From positions 608,001 to 672,000 of the forward strand of contig JAXSNR010000001.1 in the NCBI GenBank assembly GCA_037925075.1: DNA of 64,000 nucleotides. The letters are read 5' to 3'. The notes below the pieces were generated by a model. That model was not told where the DNA came from. It worked only from the letters and a program-made list of their open reading frames with translations, and ran no database searches. A program made the position numbers and the translations under genes. Below, one piece after another: positions 20,928-30,627 of this stretch. This DNA comes from Aquificaceae bacterium (GTDB lineage Bacteria; Aquificota; Aquificia; Aquificales; Aquificaceae). How positions within the stretch are numbered: position 1 is the stretch's first letter; each line of letters starts with the position of its first letter.

Positions 20928-21604
20928 CTTTCTACCTCAAAGAGAAGATAGAAGGTCTTAAGCACATAGTCCGCCTTTTCTGCGTTGTCTTTTTCTTTGA
21001 CAGTGACACCCACAAGTTGGATACCTTTCTCTCTAACTCTTAGGTTTATCCTTCCCTCCTCGTCTGTGGACCCAACCACCCTAAGGTTGTGGTATACGGG
21101 TGCGTCCCTTAGGGGCTTTCCCTTGTAATAAGCCACAACCGTAAACTTCTGACCAACCCTTAGGCTTGAGGGATTTTCCATAAGGATCAGCTCCAAATCA
21201 TGACCCAGGGGTGTATTTCTTGGCTTCCATAGGTCTACTCTCCTTGCGGTCTCCAAGGAATACCAACTCTCTATGGGGTTCTTGACCTGATCCTTTGGCA
21301 GATTTTTAAGGCCTTCTGGCGTCTTTGTCCAATAGCCAGAAGAAAAAACCGCCTGCACCATATGACAAGTTCCCCCCAGCTTAAAGGGATAACCCTTTAC
21401 AAGCTTAGCCTTGAGCCTATTTCCCTCCGCACTCAAACATTCAAAGCTAAGAACTTGTTCTGGCAGGTATTTAATAAGCTCCTCCTCCCCACTTCCGGGT
21501 TTTATATGTCCGTAAAACAAGGTATAGGAATCCATATCCTTCCTAATCCACAGTTCATGGGCTTGGACCACAAAGAAAAGTGAAAACAACAACAAAAGGA
21601 GCAT
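20924..21604 (-). CDS. DUF4198/NikK-like periplasmic nickel-uptake protein
   Basis: Signal peptide then AHELW, YGH, LEL..NP, TDEEG; start reassigned to 21604 (GGAGG RBS). Confidence 0.8.
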   Translation of the reverse strand: MLLLLLFSLFFVVQAHELWIRKDMDSYTLFYGHIKPGSGEEELIKYLPEQVLSFECLSAEGNRLKAKLVKGYPFKLGGTCHMVQAVFSSGYWTKTPEGLKNLPKDQVKNPIESWYSLETARRVDLWKPRNTPLGHDLELILMENPSSLRVGQKFTVVAYYKGKPLRDAPVYHNLRVVGSTDEEGRINLRVREKGIQLVGVTVKEKDNAEKADYVLKTFYLLFEVER

Positions 21605-21614
21605 GTGAACCTCC

Positions 21615-21641
21615 GTATTACTTTTCCATATAAAGTAATAT
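21615..21641. promoter_or_regulatory. Putative NikR operator GTATTAC-N13-GTAATAT
   Basis: Spaced inverted repeat overlapping the -10/start of the nik operon promoter; nikR lies in the same operon. Confidence 0.7.
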
Positions 21642-21665
21642 ATATGAACTTTCATTCATTGTCAA
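21637..21665 (-). promoter_or_regulatory. Sigma70 promoter of the nik operon (TTGACA-N17-TATATT) containing a fourth TGAAc-N4-ATTCA operator at 21645-21658
   Basis: Near-consensus -35/-10 read directly on the minus strand. Confidence 0.65.
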
Positions 21666-21715
21666 TGCCACCGAGTAGGTTTGTCATCCAATGTGTGATG
21701 CTTATACTATAAGGA

Positions 21716-22786
21716 ATGCCCATAAAAAACTACTATCAGATATTAGGCGTTGAGGTAGGTGCAAGTAAAGAGGAAATAAAGAAGGCTTACAGAAGGCTTG
21801 CAAAAGAATGGCATCCGGACGTAAACCCAGACCCAAAGGCAAAGGAGCACTTTAGAGAGATAAACGAAGCATACCACATACTCTCCGATGAACAAAGAAG
21901 GGCAGAGTACGACCGCATACTTCAAAGTGGAGATGAGAAAAGATACAGAGACTTTATGGAGTATGTGCAAGAATTCCTTGAAAGTATATGGCAGGGTATG
22001 AGAAGGGCTCCAAAGCCCAAAAGGGGGCAGGACATAAGGCTCAAGTTGGAGCTAAGCCTTGAAGAAGCGGTTTTAGGATGTGAAAAGGAGGTTGAGTACG
22101 AACGCTGGACAGACTGTCCAGACTGTGAAGGCAAAGGCTACAAAGGGCAGATGGAAAAGGTTGTATGCCATGCCTGTGAAGGCACAGGCAGGAGGGTAAG
22201 CGGTATCTTTAACTTTCCAAGACCGTGTTCCGTGTGTAAAGGAAGAGGGTACATAATAAAAAACCTCTGTCCCACATGCGGTGGAAGGGGTAGGGTTGCC
22301 AAAAAAGGCAGGGTAAGGATAAGCATACCACCTGGTACCGATGAGGGGGAGGTTTTAAAGGTTGCGGGCTTCGGTCATATGGGAGAAAGGGGCGGAGAGC
22401 CGGGAGACCTTTATCTGAGAATAACCATAAAACCTCATGAAATCTTCAAAAAGGTAGGTAAAGACCTCCACATGGAAAAGTTCATATCCTTCCCTATGGC
22501 AGTGCTTGGAGGTACCGTAAAGATAAAGTGGCTCGACGGTAGAGATGTGGAGGTGTTTGTTCAACCCGGGACTGAATGCGGTTCTACAAAGACCTTGCCC
22601 GGTTATGGTTTTCCTGCAGGCAATGGTACGGGAAATTTGGTTATAACCTTTCGCGTAGAGATACCAAAGGATATAAGCATTGCGGTTAGAGGGCTTCTTG
22701 AAAAGCTTGCTAAAGAGCTAAAGGATGATGGGGTGGAAGTAAGAGGCGGGCTTATGGAGAGGATAAAAAACATCCTACCCCTTTGA
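21716..22786 (+). CDS. dnaJ: DnaJ family co-chaperone
   Basis: J domain with HPD, four CxxCxGxG repeats, C-terminal domain. Confidence 0.9.
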   Translation: MPIKNYYQILGVEVGASKEEIKKAYRRLAKEWHPDVNPDPKAKEHFREINEAYHILSDEQRRAEYDRILQSGDEKRYRDFMEYVQEFLESIWQGMRRAPKPKRGQDIRLKLELSLEEAVLGCEKEVEYERWTDCPDCEGKGYKGQMEKVVCHACEGTGRRVSGIFNFPRPCSVCKGRGYIIKNLCPTCGGRGRVAKKGRVRISIPPGTDEGEVLKVAGFGHMGERGGEPGDLYLRITIKPHEIFKKVGKDLHMEKFISFPMAVLGGTVKIKWLDGRDVEVFVQPGTECGSTKTLPGYGFPAGNGTGNLVITFRVEIPKDISIAVRGLLEKLAKELKDDGVEVRGGLMERIKNILPL

Positions 22787-23350
22787 GAGCTTTTTCACTT
22801 CAAGGTAATCTCCTATGCCAAGCCTGTGCCACAGGAGTTTTAAAAGCTCCACAAACACAAGGGCTGTGGTTTGGGCATCATCCATGGCTCTGTGTACCCT
22901 TTTGTACTCTATTCCAAAGTAGTCTGCAAGGTCTTTTAGGGAATATTTCCTGAGGTCTGGAAGTATGTTTTTTGCAAGGTTAAGGGTGCATATGTGGGGG
23001 TGTCTAAACCTTTTACCATAGACCTGTCTGTAATATTTGTCTATAAAGGCCATATCCTTTTCCACGCTATGAGCGACTATTATGCTATCTCCCACAAACT
23101 TGAGAAACCTCGGTAGAACCTCCTCCATTTTTGGCTTTCCCACCAGCATGGCATTGGTTATGCCCGTAAGGTCTGTTATCCTTTGAGGCAGAGGATATCC
23201 GGGATAGATTAGACTTGAAAACCTCTCCGTTATCAATCCACCTTCTACCCTCACGCAGGCTATCTCAATAATGTCGGACTTTGAGGGGTCAATGCCCGTG
23301 GCCTCCACATCTACGCTCACAAAGGTACTCTCAAGCAGAATCTCTCTCAT
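22775..23350 (-). CDS. DEDDh 3'-5' exonuclease (DNA polymerase III epsilon-like)
   Basis: DVEATG, VAHS..D, HRAMDDA. Confidence 0.88.
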   Translation of the reverse strand: MREILLESTFVSVDVEATGIDPSKSDIIEIACVRVEGGLITERFSSLIYPGYPLPQRITDLTGITNAMLVGKPKMEEVLPRFLKFVGDSIIVAHSVEKDMAFIDKYYRQVYGKRFRHPHICTLNLAKNILPDLRKYSLKDLADYFGIEYKRVHRAMDDAQTTALVFVELLKLLWHRLGIGDYLEVKKLSKG

Positions 23351-25566
23351 CAGGGAACTTCCTTAACCTTTGGCGAATCTTTCTTTAAATACTCTGGGTT
23401 CACAATGCCTTCAAGCTCATTTTCCGTGTCCTGAGGCTCTGTTTGGTTTTCACCACTACACACACCTTCTGTGCCCTCTACAAAGAGCATGGGCGTTGGA
23501 CAGTCTACCACTACCACACCTTCTGGTATGGGAAAGTCTGTTTTTGGATACATGTATGAGGCAACAGACATATAATCTATCCATATGGGCAAGGCCACTC
23601 TTGCACCCGCCATCCCTTTGCCCATACTCCTTTTTATGTCAAAGCCCACCCAAACACCCGCCACTATATGGGAAGAAAATCCTACAAACCACGCGTCCAT
23701 GTAGTCGTTGGTGGTTCCAGTCTTTCCCGCCACAACCCTTTGCAAAGAGCTAGCCGAAACCGCGGTTCCTTCAAGCACAACCGCCCTGAGCATATCCACC
23801 AAAACCCTTGTCTCCTGAGAAGGAAGCACCTGCTCACACTTAGGTGAGTTTTCCTCAAGAACAGAACCATCAGGTCCTACTATCTTTCTTATGAAATAGG
23901 GTTCGCACCTCATACCAAGGTTTGCAAAAGTCTGAAAGGCGGAGGTAAGCTCAAGGGGGGTTACCTCTATACTACCCAAAGCCATGGAATAGTAGGGCTT
24001 TAACTCAATACCTAAAAGCCTCCCAATCTCTATGGGTAGGTCAAAACCTATGTCTGCAAGGAGATTTACCGTCGCAGTATTAACACTTTTTGCCAAGGCC
24101 GTTCTTAGAGTAATCTCACCGTATTCCGCACCCTCATAGTTGTCCGGCGTCCATTCTCTACCTTTGGATGGATCATAAAAGCTTCTTGGAGTGGCATCTA
24201 TAAAACTTGCCTGTGTATAACCCTTCATGAGAGCCGCAAGGTATATGACGGGCTTTATAGCTGAACCGGGTTGACGCTTTGCATAGACTGCCCTGTTGTA
24301 CGGGCTTCTTAGGTAAGAATACCCACCCACCATAGCCCTTATGGCTCCCGTCTTTACATCAAGGCTTACAAGGGCTCCCTGTAAGTCTGGAAGAACCTCT
24401 ACCTTTATCTCCTTGCTCTTTTTGTCCCTGTAGAGCCTTACCAATACAAAATCTCCCTTTTCAACAGGTAGGTTTCTCCTCTCAAGGTCAAACTCATACT
24501 CTCCTAACTCCAACTTTAGCCTATCTCCACTTACAGAAAGGACCTTACCTATATAAACCTTACCCGGCTTTAGGTCAATCTTTTGTTCCCTGTATTTGGT
24601 TGCTATCTCATAGGGGTCTTCGGGGAGGAAGGGTATGCCATTTGCTTGAGCCACTTTCATAATACCGCGTTTTAAGACATTCTTTGCATGCTCCTGAAGG
24701 TCTTTGTCCACTGTGGTATAGACCTTGTAGCCTCCAGCCAAAACAACCTCGCCGTATTTATCCGCAAGATACTCTTTTACATAATCAAGGAAATAATCCA
24801 TTCCGTAATATCTGTTTTCTAACTTGACATTTATGGGTTTTTCTATAAGCCTCTTGTAATCTTCTTCTGTAATGTAGCCATCTTCGTACATGCGACCAAG
24901 CACATAGTCCCTTCTTTCCTTTACCTTTTCTGGGTTTCTAAAAGGGTTGTAGCGGGTGGGTGCCTTTGGAAGACCCGCAAGAACCGCAGCTTCGTCAATG
25001 GTCAGCTCCTTTACAGACTTTCCAAAGTATATCCTTGATGCCGCCTCTACCCCATAAGCACCCTGACCTAAGTATATGTAATTGAGATACATCTCCAGTA
25101 TCTGGTCCTTTGTAAAATGCCTCTCAATCCTCAAGGCCAAAAGGGCTTCTCTGACCTTTCTTTTTAGGCTTTTCTCCGTGGTAAGAAAAAGGTTTCTTGC
25201 CACCTGCTGGGTTATAGTGGATGCCCCCTGCCTTATATCTCTATAGCGTATATTCGTGTAAACCGCCCTAACTATGGCTATGGGATCCACTCCCGGATGT
25301 CTGTAAAAGTTTTTGTCTTCCGCCGAAATAAAAGCCTGTCTAACATGGATAGGTATGTCCTTCAGGCTCACATAGTACCTTCTTTGCACCGCCACATCAC
25401 CAAAGGGTCTGTCCTTTGCATCGTAAACTACGGTAACAAGTGGAGGCTTCCAATCTTTGAGGGCTTCCACCGGAGGAAGATTGGCGGACAGGATAAAAAG
25501 CAAAGCGAAAGAGAAAAGGGAAAACAAACCCAAAATACCCAGACTGAGATATAGAACTTTCCGCAC
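23350..25566 (-). CDS. mrcA: Penicillin-binding protein 1A
   Basis: Transglycosylase (EDKNF, GASTITQQ) and transpeptidase (SAIK, SVN, KTG) motifs. Confidence 0.93.
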   Translation of the reverse strand: MRKVLYLSLGILGLFSLFSFALLFILSANLPPVEALKDWKPPLVTVVYDAKDRPFGDVAVQRRYYVSLKDIPIHVRQAFISAEDKNFYRHPGVDPIAIVRAVYTNIRYRDIRQGASTITQQVARNLFLTTEKSLKRKVREALLALRIERHFTKDQILEMYLNYIYLGQGAYGVEAASRIYFGKSVKELTIDEAAVLAGLPKAPTRYNPFRNPEKVKERRDYVLGRMYEDGYITEEDYKRLIEKPINVKLENRYYGMDYFLDYVKEYLADKYGEVVLAGGYKVYTTVDKDLQEHAKNVLKRGIMKVAQANGIPFLPEDPYEIATKYREQKIDLKPGKVYIGKVLSVSGDRLKLELGEYEFDLERRNLPVEKGDFVLVRLYRDKKSKEIKVEVLPDLQGALVSLDVKTGAIRAMVGGYSYLRSPYNRAVYAKRQPGSAIKPVIYLAALMKGYTQASFIDATPRSFYDPSKGREWTPDNYEGAEYGEITLRTALAKSVNTATVNLLADIGFDLPIEIGRLLGIELKPYYSMALGSIEVTPLELTSAFQTFANLGMRCEPYFIRKIVGPDGSVLEENSPKCEQVLPSQETRVLVDMLRAVVLEGTAVSASSLQRVVAGKTGTTNDYMDAWFVGFSSHIVAGVWVGFDIKRSMGKGMAGARVALPIWIDYMSVASYMYPKTDFPIPEGVVVVDCPTPMLFVEGTEGVCSGENQTEPQDTENELEGIVNPEYLKKDSPKVKEVP

Positions 25567-25628
25567 TCTAAGGTATTATAAGCTAAGATGGTATAATTTA
25601 GTCATATCCCCAAAAAAGGAGGTTTTCC

Positions 25629-26927
25629 ATGAACCTATACGAATACGAAGCTTACGAAAAGGTATTTAAAAAATACGGAGTGCCCACTCCCAGATATATG
25701 TTTGCAGACCATATGAACGACGAAATAGTAAACTTTATGAACCAGCTGGGCGAGTGTGTTATAAAGTCTCAGGTACTGGTAGGCAAAAGGGGTAAGGCTG
25801 GTGCGGTAAAGCTTTGCAAAAACCCAGAGGAAGCATTGGAAACCTTTAACGCCTTGCTTAACTATCCCGTCTACGGTGAAATGCCAGTGGGTCTTCTTGT
25901 AAGCGAAAAAGCCAACATCCTCAAAGAGCTATACGCCTCTATAACCTATTCCACAGAGGTCAGGGCTCCCGTGCTTACCCTAAGCCTTGAGGGGGGGATG
26001 GACATAGAAGAGGTGCCCCCAGAAAAGGTAAAAAGCTGGACCATTGACCCAATAAAGGGGCTGTACCCTCATATGGTAAGGAACTATCTCCTTGAGCTTG
26101 GTTTTCCTGAGCAGTACATGGGAGTTCTGAGGGAGCTTTCTGAGGTTATAGCCAACATGTGGAGAGCCTTCTGGGAGTCCGAGGCAAGGCTTTTGGAGAT
26201 CAACCCCCTTGCCATATGTGATATAGGTGGCAAGCAACGGGTCCTTGCCCTTGATGCTGTGGTGACCATTGACGATGATGCCAGCATTCCACCCGCCAAG
26301 ATATACGGCGTGAGAACCGCCATGAAAAGACCCCCAACAGAAAGGGAAATAGAAGCTTCCTTAATAGACAGGGATGACCATAGAGGAAAGGCGGGTTCAT
26401 ATGTGGAGGTGGATGGAGACATTGCCATGATGACCTTTGGCGGTGGTGGTTCAACAGTTACCATAGAAACCACCTATGCCATGGGTCTAAAGCCCGCCAA
26501 CTTCACCGACATAGGAGGAAACCCACCTGCGGAAAAGATGTACAAGATAACGAGGATAATCCTCTCAAAGCCGGGCATAAGGGGTGTCCTCGTGTGCGGT
26601 GGCACTGCAAACAACACAAGGATTGATGTAACCCTCGGTGAAGGTGTGGCAAACGCCATAAGGGATCTCTACAAGGAAGGCAAGCTAAACCCAGATTGGA
26701 TATGGGTGGTTCGTAGGAACGGACCAGAAGCGGAAAAGGGCTTAAGAATGCTTTATGAAGCCTTTAAAGAGTGTGGAGTTAAAGGCGAGATATACGACTC
26801 ATCTCTACCGCTTACAGAAGCTCCCATAAGACTAAAAGAGTTACTTGACAGGTGTGAATCTACGCAAAAAGGTTTAAAGGAAGACAGACACTTTACAGAG
26901 GAGCAAGCTCAAGATATGGGAATATAA
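25629..26927 (+). CDS. ccsA: Citryl-CoA synthetase large subunit (succinyl-CoA synthetase beta-like; rTCA cycle)
   Basis: ATP-grasp SucC-like protein (GKRGKAG, EINPL, NFTDIGGNP) with the Aquificaceae CcsA-type N-terminus MNLYEYEAY and GGTANNT. Confidence 0.82.
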   Translation: MNLYEYEAYEKVFKKYGVPTPRYMFADHMNDEIVNFMNQLGECVIKSQVLVGKRGKAGAVKLCKNPEEALETFNALLNYPVYGEMPVGLLVSEKANILKELYASITYSTEVRAPVLTLSLEGGMDIEEVPPEKVKSWTIDPIKGLYPHMVRNYLLELGFPEQYMGVLRELSEVIANMWRAFWESEARLLEINPLAICDIGGKQRVLALDAVVTIDDDASIPPAKIYGVRTAMKRPPTEREIEASLIDRDDHRGKAGSYVEVDGDIAMMTFGGGGSTVTIETTYAMGLKPANFTDIGGNPPAEKMYKITRIILSKPGIRGVLVCGGTANNTRIDVTLGEGVANAIRDLYKEGKLNPDWIWVVRRNGPEAEKGLRMLYEAFKECGVKGEIYDSSLPLTEAPIRLKELLDRCESTQKGLKEDRHFTEEQAQDMGI

Positions 26928-26933
26928 GAGATT

Positions 26934-27009
26934 TGGTGGAGCGGAGGGGACTTGAACCCCCGACCTCCTACACGCCAAGCAGGCGCTCTCCCAACTGAGC
27001 TACCGCCCC
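26934..27009 (-). tRNA. tRNA-Ala (GGC)
   Basis: 76 nt GGGGCGGTAGCTCAG...TTGGCGT...GTTCAAGTCC..TCCACCA; cloverleaf with encoded CCA. Confidence 0.96.
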
Positions 27010-27024
27010 TGCAAAGTAAATATT

Positions 27025-27168
27025 TTAGTGCAGGTTTTCCTTCTTGTCAAAGATTTTTTTCTGAATAAGAAACCTTAGCCTTAGGGCTATCTTTCTTCTT
27101 TCTCTTTCCTCCATAAAGACACTGAAGGCTTGTTTTTTTAAGGTTTTGTACAGGTCCACCATCGCCAT
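27025..27168 (-). CDS. Small basic hypothetical protein (47 aa, MAMVDLYKTLKKQAFSVF...), absent from the ORF track
   Basis: ATG with an upstream AGGGGG RBS, open frame to TAA, fills the gap before the tRNA. Confidence 0.5.
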   Translation of the reverse strand: MAMVDLYKTLKKQAFSVFMEERERRKIALRLRFLIQKKIFDKKENLH

Positions 27169-27201
27169 GCCTTACCCCCTTTGCTTAGAGTTGTTTATAA
27201 T

Positions 27202-27579
27202 TTATTCCTCTTCGCCTGGTACTTCTACACCTCTGAAAATATAACCACAAAAAGGACACTTCTTAGCCCTCCAATGGACTTCGCTGTAACACTCGGGGCA
27301 CCTTTTCCTTCCCTTGAGATAGAGAAAGAGGTTAAAGTGAAAGAATACCTTAGGAAGAAGGTACAGGGAGAATATCACGAATATAAGGAGCCATGCCTTT
27401 ATGGGAGTTATGGGGTCAAAGGCTTTTAACCACAGAAGGGTGGTGCTTATAGAAGATACCCAAAAGGCTATGCGCCTATCCAGAAACACCTGAGCAAGGA
27501 GCTGTATAAGAGCCATCCAAAGGAAAAACTGAAAAAGGGCATTCCGAAAGAGAGGTTCAAGCACCCTCAGGTCTTCCAT
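27202..27579 (-). CDS. Membrane protein with C-terminal zinc ribbon
   Basis: TM helices followed by CPEC...CPFC. Confidence 0.7.
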   Translation of the reverse strand: MEDLRVLEPLFRNALFQFFLWMALIQLLAQVFLDRRIAFWVSSISTTLLWLKAFDPITPIKAWLLIFVIFSLYLLPKVFFHFNLFLYLKGRKRCPECYSEVHWRAKKCPFCGYIFRGVEVPGEEE

Positions 27580-27826
27580 TTTTCACAAACCCTCTAAATA
27601 TTAATAAAAGGAAAAAGCCAAAGACAAAACCAAGAAAGCAGAAAACAAAGCCATACACACTTCTAAGAGCATAGCAGAGAAAAAGGAAAAGGGCAAAGCT
27701 GAAAAGCTTAAAGGGTAGGCTAAGCATATAAAAGGGCATTAGCCTAAGGTTGGCAAGCCTGTAAGTGATCTCTACAAAGGCAAAGCCCAAAATAAGCCCA
27801 GCAAGAAACACCACAAGATTTTCCAC
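27557..27826 (-). CDS. Small hydrophobic membrane protein (possibly AtpI-like)
   Basis: Three TM segments; overlaps the next gene. Confidence 0.5.
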   Translation of the reverse strand: MENLVVFLAGLILGFAFVEITYRLANLRLMPFYMLSLPFKLFSFALFLFLCYALRSVYGFVFCFLGFVFGFFLLLIFRGFVKNGRPEGA

Positions 27827-27843
27827 AATATAATTTTAACCCT

Positions 27844-30300
27844 ATGCCAAAGCTTATAGTCCCTGAAGAGGGGGCAGATTTGGATGCCCTCTCTTGTGCC
27901 TATGGTGTTATGCTTCTGCATAAGGACGCCCTTCTTCTTAAGCCTAAATATCTCTCTAAGAGAGCCAGCGAAGTTCTCAGCCATTTCAAAGATAGGTTTA
28001 GAATTACAGAGGAGCCACCTGAGAGCTTTGATTTGGTCCTTGTGGATAGCCACAACTATGAAGAATATCTTCAAAGCTTTGGCGAGAGAGTTAAAAAGAT
28101 ACACATATACGACCACCATCCGTCTGCACCGAAGTGCTTTGAAGGAAAGGTGGATAGGGTGGGAAGTTGTACAACTCTAATTGTAGAGGAGCTGATGGAA
28201 AAAGGGATAGATATAGACTCAGAGTCTGCCACTTTACTGGCTCTTGGCATATACGAAGATACGGGCATGCTTACCTATGAGGGGACCACATACAGGGATG
28301 CAAGGGCGGTAGAGTGGCTACTGCAAAAGGGCTTAAACCTAAGCCTTCTTAGAAGATTTCTAAGTGGTGGCATAGGCAAGGAGCAGATTGACCTTCTTTC
28401 AAGGCATATGGTAAGCCTCGAAGATCTGTTTGTGGATGGAAAAAGGATAAGCCTTGTGGTCCTGAAGATGGAAGAGTACAGGCCTGATCTGTTGAGCCTT
28501 TTGTACGAGCTTAGAGATATAAGGGAGGCTTCCGCCTTCTTTGTGGTGGTGGAAGCGGGTGGAAAAACTTACCTCTTTGGTCGTGCCCTCAGGGATGAGT
28601 TTGATGTCTCGGAGGTGCTCAAAGGGTTGGGTGGAGGGGGGCATGAGTTTGCAAGTGCGGTAAAGCTTGAGGGAGTCTCCGGAGAAAGGTTGAAAAACCT
28701 GTTGGAAGCCTTGCTAAAGGGAGAAAAAGTACCTCTTAAGGTGAAGGAAATCATGAGCTATCCTCCCTTTCTTCTTCATCAGGATATGGAAGTGGGTCTT
28801 GCCCTTCTTGAGCTAACCCAAAGAAACTTTGCGGGTGCACCTGTGATAGATGATAGGGGAAATTTGGTGGGGGTTGTGTACAAGAAAAACCTTCTCAAAG
28901 CCCAAAAGCACGGGGTGGAGGGCAAGGTCAAGGACTTTATGATTGAAGAGTTTCACACCCTCACTCCAGAAGACTTTTTGTGGGATGCGGAAAACATACT
29001 TTCAGGGTATGGGGAAAAGCTTATACCTGTGGTCTCAGAGGGAAGGGTTGTGGGTGTTCTCACGAGGCTTGACCTCCTGCATGCCTACAGAAAACATATA
29101 GAAGGACTAAAGGCTCATGAAAAACCTCTCTCTGTGCCAGAAAACTTAAAACCCATACTGCAAAAAATAGGAAGCAAAGCAAAGGAGCTTGGCTACAGGG
29201 TTTATCTGGTGGGAGGGGTGGTGAGAGACCTTCTTATGAAGAAAAACATATGGGACCTTGACCTTGTGGTGGAGGGCGATGCAGTAGTATTGGCACAAAA
29301 GTTGGCGGAGGATTGGGGTGTGGATTGTCATACCTTTCCAGAGTTTGGAACTGCACATATGAAGGTTCAAAACTACAAGCTTGAGTTTGCCACCACAAGA
29401 AGGGAAACCTATCCACATCCGGGTTCTTATCCCGTGGTGGAATGGGCAACATTAAAGGAAGACCTTCTTAGAAGAGACTTTACCATAAACGCCATGGCTC
29501 TATCCATAAATCCAGAAGACTTTGGCACGCTTATAGACTACTTTGGAGGGCTAAGAGACCTAAAGGACAGAATAATAAGGGTCTTGCATCCCATGAGCTT
29601 TGTGGAAGATCCAGTAAGGATTCTTAGAGCCATGAGGTTTTCAGGTAGGTTTAACTTCAAACTATCAAAGGGCACAGAAAAGCTTTTGAAAAACGCGGTG
29701 AGTATGGGACTTCTTAGAAAGGCTCCAAAGGGAAGGCTTATGAACGAGCTTAGATTGGCTTTGAGGGAAGAGAAACTGTTGGAAATCCTAAGGCTTTACA
29801 GGAAATACAAGGTGCTTGAGTATGTTATAGAAGGCTTTGAGTTTAGAGAAAGCATGGAGGCAAGCCTTGAAGGACTGAAAGAGATTATAAACTGGCACAG
29901 GATAGAGTTTCCACAGGAAAGAATAGATTACGGTTGGGTGTATTTTCTTTTGCTTATAAAGGACCTAAACAAGGACACGGCGGAAAGCCTTTTCAAAGAC
30001 ATAGGTGCACCCTCTTGGGTGAGGGAGAGCTACAGACTGATAAAAGAAAGCTTGCATAAGGTGGCACAAGCTTTGGAAAAGGCAAAGAAAAACTCAGAGG
30101 TTTACCTTGCACTAAAAGGAAAGCCCATAGCCTTTTTACTTATCCTTATGCTCTACCAAAGGGAGAAGGTAAAGCTTTATCTGGAAAAGCTTCGTTTTGT
30201 AAAGGTTGAAGCGGAAAAATTTAAAAACCTTAAAGGCAAAGAACTTGGCAGGGCAATAGAGGAGGAAAAGCTAAGGCTTATGGACAGCTTACTCTTCTGA
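27844..30300 (+). CDS. A-adding tRNA nucleotidyltransferase (DHH + CBS + class II NTase)
   Basis: DHH motif (YDHH), GGGH, CBS pair, VGGVVRD/DLDL, RRDFTINA, EDPVRILRA; architecture of the Aquifex A-adding enzyme. Confidence 0.85.
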   Translation: MPKLIVPEEGADLDALSCAYGVMLLHKDALLLKPKYLSKRASEVLSHFKDRFRITEEPPESFDLVLVDSHNYEEYLQSFGERVKKIHIYDHHPSAPKCFEGKVDRVGSCTTLIVEELMEKGIDIDSESATLLALGIYEDTGMLTYEGTTYRDARAVEWLLQKGLNLSLLRRFLSGGIGKEQIDLLSRHMVSLEDLFVDGKRISLVVLKMEEYRPDLLSLLYELRDIREASAFFVVVEAGGKTYLFGRALRDEFDVSEVLKGLGGGGHEFASAVKLEGVSGERLKNLLEALLKGEKVPLKVKEIMSYPPFLLHQDMEVGLALLELTQRNFAGAPVIDDRGNLVGVVYKKNLLKAQKHGVEGKVKDFMIEEFHTLTPEDFLWDAENILSGYGEKLIPVVSEGRVVGVLTRLDLLHAYRKHIEGLKAHEKPLSVPENLKPILQKIGSKAKELGYRVYLVGGVVRDLLMKKNIWDLDLVVEGDAVVLAQKLAEDWGVDCHTFPEFGTAHMKVQNYKLEFATTRRETYPHPGSYPVVEWATLKEDLLRRDFTINAMALSINPEDFGTLIDYFGGLRDLKDRIIRVLHPMSFVEDPVRILRAMRFSGRFNFKLSKGTEKLLKNAVSMGLLRKAPKGRLMNELRLALREEKLLEILRLYRKYKVLEYVIEGFEFRESMEASLEGLKEIINWHRIEFPQERIDYGWVYFLLLIKDLNKDTAESLFKDIGAPSWVRESYRLIKESLHKVAQALEKAKKNSEVYLALKGKPIAFLLILMLYQREKVKLYLEKLRFVKVEAEKFKNLKGKELGRAIEEEKLRLMDSLLF

Positions 30301-30627
30301 TAGATAGCCAAATATGGCTTCTATAACGGAAAGTAGTATGGATATAATGTTTGCCGCAAGGGCACCTATGGCAAGGCTTATTGCTTCGCTTACATCACCC
30401 AAGAAGTATACAAAGGTCGCTGGTACAAGGTGAAGGTCCGCCACAAGGCTTGCTGCGGTCATCTCAGTCGCAAGTATCTTACCCTCTCCAAGCTTTAGTA
30501 TGGTGGCAGTCAGGTTTGTTATAACCGTTATCACCAGTTCGTAGGGATTGGGATTAAAGATAAAGCTTAAGTTTGTGGTAAGAGCCATGAGAAGGAAAAA
30601 GTCGGTCATGATCTTTTTGAGCCTCAT
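30289..30627 (-). CDS. Small membrane protein co-transcribed with the K+ channel (DUF6394-like)
   Basis: Hydrophobic; ATILKLG, SLVADLHL; ATGA overlap. Confidence 0.6.
   Translation of the reverse strand: MRLKKIMTDFFLLMALTTNLSFIFNPNPYELVITVITNLTATILKLGEGKILATEMTAASLVADLHLVPATFVYFLGDVSEAISLAIGALAANIISILLSVIEAIFGYLSEE

Noticed and set aside
21605..21655. N-terminal extension of the DUF4198 ORF (likewise extensions of ORFs ending at 10454, 41446, 47164, 54987 and starting at 54876)
   Set aside because: The extensions run through promoter/operator DNA or neighbouring genes; downstream starts have an RBS, gene coupling or signal peptides.
25629..26927. Succinyl-CoA synthetase beta (sucC)
   Set aside because: Same fold, but sequence features recalled for Aquificaceae CcsA fit better; not confirmed by search.
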